Source: Nemertoderma westbladi (taxonomy: Eukaryota; Animalia; Xenacoelomorpha). Taken from it: DNA of 64,000 nucleotides. The stretch is from positions 1 through 64,000 of the forward strand of contig JAUCBJ010002273.1 in assembly GCA_032718475.1 (NCBI GenBank), written 5' to 3'. The notes beneath the pieces are model-generated. The model searched no databases. It was given only the letters and a program-made list of their open reading frames with translations, and was not told the DNA's origin. Shown piece by piece: positions 60,053-64,000 of this stretch (position 1 is its first letter; each line of letters opens with the position of its first letter). The translations under genes and the position numbers were made by a program.

Positions 60053-61457
60053 TCTCGGTAGAGTTAGGGCTACTTTACAATTGCGATTAGCTACTGTAAA
60101 CACACTTTAGTAGTAACATTCACCTATAAACACACAAATTCCATACAATCATTACTTACTGCACACATGCATGCCATTTGTCCATTAGTCAGTGTCTTCC
60201 AGAATGTCACGTTATTACTATGTATCCTTGGATACTAATAGTGCGCTATGTATACTCTTATGTTACGCAATGGGGCAAGCCTTTTATTGTTCCTTTAACT
60301 TGCTTCTAATTCTAGCGTGGGTGTTGCCATGGTGACATTATGGAAAACTAGCGGTAGAATTAGGGCAATTCTCATGCATACAGATCTGGGATGTTATTTA
60401 ATAGTAATTCTTTAATTGTCAATATCCTCTTTATGCATGATTTTATAAATTTTTATCGGCTATTGACTATATATTGGAGATTCTCGCACTCTAGTACACT
60501 CAATATGAATCTCCGCTCCCATGATCTATTAATTACTGGAATTTGGGGAATGTTATAAATTGCACAAAATGACAATTTATGAAATTCATTTGAATATGAA
60601 TTTAAATTTATTCCCGTGAATTTTATTATTTGATGTTAAATTGACACAAATTTTATTCCAGAGCATATCTGGGACTTAGGATCCTTAATTTTATAAAATA
60701 GTCCTTCTAAGAATATCGGTAAATACTGCGATATCTTAATTGACTAGAAATTTCAAAGGATCGGGATTTTACAGATTTTAATAAATATTAAATTAATTTT
60801 TAGGATGGGCACCGATTTATTCCAGAACTTGTCTGGGGACGTTAACCACTGATTCTAGAATTTGTCTTTCAAGTATATCGGTGGGTGCCACGATATCTTA
60901 ATCGACTAGAATTACAGATGGTCAAAAAGTTTAACAGATTTATTTGCGATTTACGCTACTGTTAGAGGGACATCACGCTACTATATGTATTATTTGTTAT
61001 AAGGTAGAAGAGCAATATCGCACGAAGCAATGTCAGTGTGAAGAGGCAAGTCGTTTCCAAGGTCTACCCAGAGCTTGGTTTAGCCGAGACACGAGGATCT
61101 GAACTTTGCATTCCTAATACTCTGCCTACCAATAATACTTAAATATAGTAGTGGCTTTATTGTACTTTAAGAAGTACTGACATGTCATCTTACTATAGTC
61201 TCGCATTTATAATATAATACGGACAGTAAGGAAAGAGAAAAATAATTATTTCTTGCCGTCGCACTAAATATATTATAAGTAATTAAATACGTAATAAACA
61301 CTAATATATTGCACTAATCTACTAAATAATCCCTAAAATAACATTCTACTAAATAAAAATTGAATAAAAACGATTATAATAACGTACATAATAACATTTA
61401 CATATAAAATGTAATAAAATAGATAAATAACATAGTCATACACCCACTCCAGACGTA

Positions 61458-64000
61458 TCACGTTTGGGAGTCCCTAGATGTTTGAGGAATTAGGGAGGTG
61501 GTCGTGGGAAGAGTGTCTTGTCTTCCATAGTTTCCGGAGAGTTCCCTGTCTCTTTCCAGCAAACATAAACGACCAACTGGGCGATTGAGTTGTTGCGTCT
61601 CAAAGATTATCCCGGGTTTCTTGAAGTTACGCCGCATTACGATGAGTTCTACTGAGCGCACTAGACCATCCTCCGAGATGTGCGTCTCGATGATACGACC
61701 GATCTGCCACCGTCTACGTGGAAGGTCCGGATCTACAATAAGGACCATGTCTCCGGTGCTGACATTTTCCTGCTGCGCAAACCACTTAGTTCGAAGTTGT
61801 AGCGTGGGCAGATAATGTTTCTCAAAATGGTCAGCGAAACGACGGGATAGCAACTGCATAAGCTGCCAAGTTCGACGACAGTATTCATCTCCATCGGCAA
61901 TCTCGGATTGTGGGAGCATAGCTACAGGTTTCTTAAGTAGGAAGTGCGCGGGTGTTAGCGCTTCCAGGGAGTCGATACTCGATGAGACTGGCATAAGCGG
62001 TCTCTCGTTAAGATAGGCAGCGATTTCTTCCATTAACGTCCGTAGAAGTTCGTCGGTGAGATATGCGCGGCACGGCACTATAAAGTGAAATGCGGTCTTG
62101 ACACTTCGAATTAATCTCTCCCAACTTCCTCCCCACCAAGGGGCGTCGGCGGCGTTAAAGGTCCAGCTAGACGCCGTTATCCGTAGCTGGTCGTCCACCT
62201 GTCTTTGATTCCAGTCCTTTACGTAAGCCTGAATTTCGTTGTTGGCACCAATGAAGTTTGTTCCCTTATCGGATCTCATCGTATTGCTAGTGCCGAAACG
62301 AGCGATCTGTCGTCGTAAACATAAGACGAAGCTGTTAGTAGATAGATCGTTCACCATATCGAGATGGATAGCTCTACAAGACATGCAGACAAAGATTACA
62401 CACCATCTCTTGATTATAGTTCTAGCACGATACACTTCAATAGGGCCAAATAAATCCACACCAGTATTAGTAAAGGGTGGTTCATAAAAGCTTACTCGTT
62501 CCCTAGGTAATTCTGCCTCTCGCTGTGTTAAAGGCCTACTGAATACTTTCCTACAAGGTATGCAGTTCCTAAGAACTTGATTCAGAGCTCTACGGGGTTT
62601 ATCAAAATAATAGCGAGTTCGAATTTCGCTAAGAACTCGTTCTCTTCCAGCATGATAAAGCTTACTGTGAACATCTACAATCATCTTGATTTGTACTTCA
62701 AGATTTCTAATGAGTATGGGGAATTTAGTGTCAAAGGATAAGGGTGCATTGGTTAACCTTCCTCCAACACGTATTAATCCATCTATCATTGTGCTAGAGA
62801 ATCGATCCCTTAAGCGCATCTGCGGATTTCTCAACAACAGGAAATACCTTTCGGAATCCTCATAGCATTGCAGGAGTCTCAGTATCTGTTTATTAGTCTC
62901 TTCATGCTCCTGGTGACTAATTTTCTCCTTTAGAAAACTGTCAGATATCTTATATTTAGGTAAGTTTTTAATAACATGAACTTGTGCAGATGTCAATGGA
63001 GCGTTATCACTGGTGGTCTGCTTCCTGGAGTAATGATGGTGAAAACATCTCTTTAAGTATGTGATGGCTTTACAGAGACGATTCCAGGAACTGTAATGAT
63101 GCAGTGCTCTCTGCAGCAGGGGTGAGATTCCTTGCGAGACATCTGGTATCTCAGATTTCCAATCTCTGTCTCTAATTTCCACGACAGACTTGTTTGTGGC
63201 GAGGGATTGTGGATCCGAAGTATCGTTTTCGGCAGTATGTAATACAGATAGATCGATTGTCGGTTTAAATAACTTCGATTTACTTGTTCGAATTTTGGGT
63301 TTGACTTTCTCCGCTCCCTTGGCTTGTCTAATCTCAGCCGTAGTAAGGTGAGGAGGCCATTCATCCTCTTCCTTGCTCAGGAAGTCGGGTCCACCCAACC
63401 AGTCAGGGGTATCTATCAGTTCCTGTGGAGTTGCTCCTCTGGAGGCGATGTCAGCTGGGTTAATCGTACCAGGGCAATGTCTCCATTGATCTATCGTTGT
63501 GCGACTAAGAATAATGGCCACTCTGTTAGTAACAAAGACGCTGAACTGACAGACTTCATTCGTTATATATTCCAACACAAGTAAAGCGTCGGTCCAATAA
63601 ACAATTTTCTCCAGCGGATAATCGATCTGCTCTGTTACATTCCGGCCGATAGCTGTAGCGTATAAGGCTGCTTTTAACTCCGCCCGAGGAACCTTAAGCT
63701 TGTTGTTAATCAATGCCTTAGAGGTAACCAAGGCAACTTTGATTCCATCCGGAGTTTCGACTCGCAGGTATGCTACTATACCGATTCCCATATCGCTGGC
63801 ATCTCCAAAGACATGGAGTTGATAGGAATACGTAGGGAGAACATGACCAAAATATGAACGAGAAATTATAAAGTTCTCGATGGCGGGTAGCGAGTCCTCC
63901 CATTTCATCCATTTCTTTAATAGTTCTCCCTTGAGTGGATCGTCCCACGAGTGGTTTTCCAGCCACATTTGTTGTACTAAACTCCGAGCAATCAATATAA
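61458..64000 (-). CDS. BEL/Pao pol polyprotein C-terminal part (RNase H, HHCC, DDE integrase, C-terminal domain); open past the window edge
   Basis: LHVFGDAS, VPRAELKAA, YWTD, NPADIASRG, IRVGGRL, H..LYHAG..CIPC, TGVDLFGP, RSDKGTNF, WWGGSWERL, LNERPL, LTPAHFL, YLPTLQLRTKW. No stops in 845 codons. Confidence 0.96.
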   Translation of the reverse strand, partial: ILIARSLVQQMWLENHSWDDPLKGELLKKWMKWEDSLPAIENFIISRSYFGHVLPTYSYQLHVFGDASDMGIGIVAYLRVETPDGIKVALVTSKALINNKLKVPRAELKAALYATAIGRNVTEQIDYPLEKIVYWTDALLVLEYITNEVCQFSVFVTNRVAIILSRTTIDQWRHCPGTINPADIASRGATPQELIDTPDWLGGPDFLSKEEDEWPPHLTTAEIRQAKGAEKVKPKIRTSKSKLFKPTIDLSVLHTAENDTSDPQSLATNKSVVEIRDRDWKSEIPDVSQGISPLLQRALHHYSSWNRLCKAITYLKRCFHHHYSRKQTTSDNAPLTSAQVHVIKNLPKYKISDSFLKEKISHQEHEETNKQILRLLQCYEDSERYFLLLRNPQMRLRDRFSSTMIDGLIRVGGRLTNAPLSFDTKFPILIRNLEVQIKMIVDVHSKLYHAGRERVLSEIRTRYYFDKPRRALNQVLRNCIPCRKVFSRPLTQREAELPRERVSFYEPPFTNTGVDLFGPIEVYRARTIIKRWCVIFVCMSCRAIHLDMVNDLSTNSFVLCLRRQIARFGTSNTMRSDKGTNFIGANNEIQAYVKDWNQRQVDDQLRITASSWTFNAADAPWWGGSWERLIRSVKTAFHFIVPCRAYLTDELLRTLMEEIAAYLNERPLMPVSSSIDSLEALTPAHFLLKKPVAMLPQSEIADGDEYCRRTWQLMQLLSRRFADHFEKHYLPTLQLRTKWFAQQENVSTGDMVLIVDPDLPRRRWQIGRIIETHISEDGLVRSVELIVMRRNFKKPGIIFETQQLNRPVGRLCLLERDRELSGNYGRQDTLPTTTSLIPQTSRDSQT

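Larger units (their letters stand above)
57201..64000 (-). mobile_element. BEL/Pao LTR retrotransposon copy B (pol - spacer - structured RNA - accessory ORF - PPT - 3' LTR); 5' part lies beyond the window
   Basis: All parts are colinear and on the same strand. 57201-60496 is homologous to 7582-13816. Confidence 0.85.

Overview
Repeat-rich, intron-poor genomic DNA from an invertebrate animal. A CTCF-like site and a Mastermind gene fit a bilaterian, but I cannot name the taxon. Host genes are a two-exon VRK kinase, an intronless nicotinic-type pentameric channel subunit with no Cys-loop cysteines, intronless TRAP-gamma (SSR3), an intronless Mastermind-like Notch co-activator and a GPI-anchored Ly6/three-finger protein. 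The rest is transposon-derived: BEL/Pao and other LTR pieces, RTE, CR1 and L2-type LINE fragments, nested MITEs/foldbacks, and five tandem arrays (36, 15/17, 17/18, 18 and 21 bp units). The standout is a BEL/Pao LTR retrotransposon lineage present as two diverged minus-strand copies (7582-13816 and 57201->64000). Between pol and the 3' LTR it carries a large extra gene (~1417 aa) with a WRN/RNase D-like DEDDy 3'-5' exonuclease domain and CCHC zinc knuckles. That gene is preceded, at an identical 43-nt spacing in both copies, by a conserved multi-helix RNA element (IRES candidate) whose substitutions preserve pairing on the coding strand. All calls come from reading the sequence by eye; no searches or folding were run.
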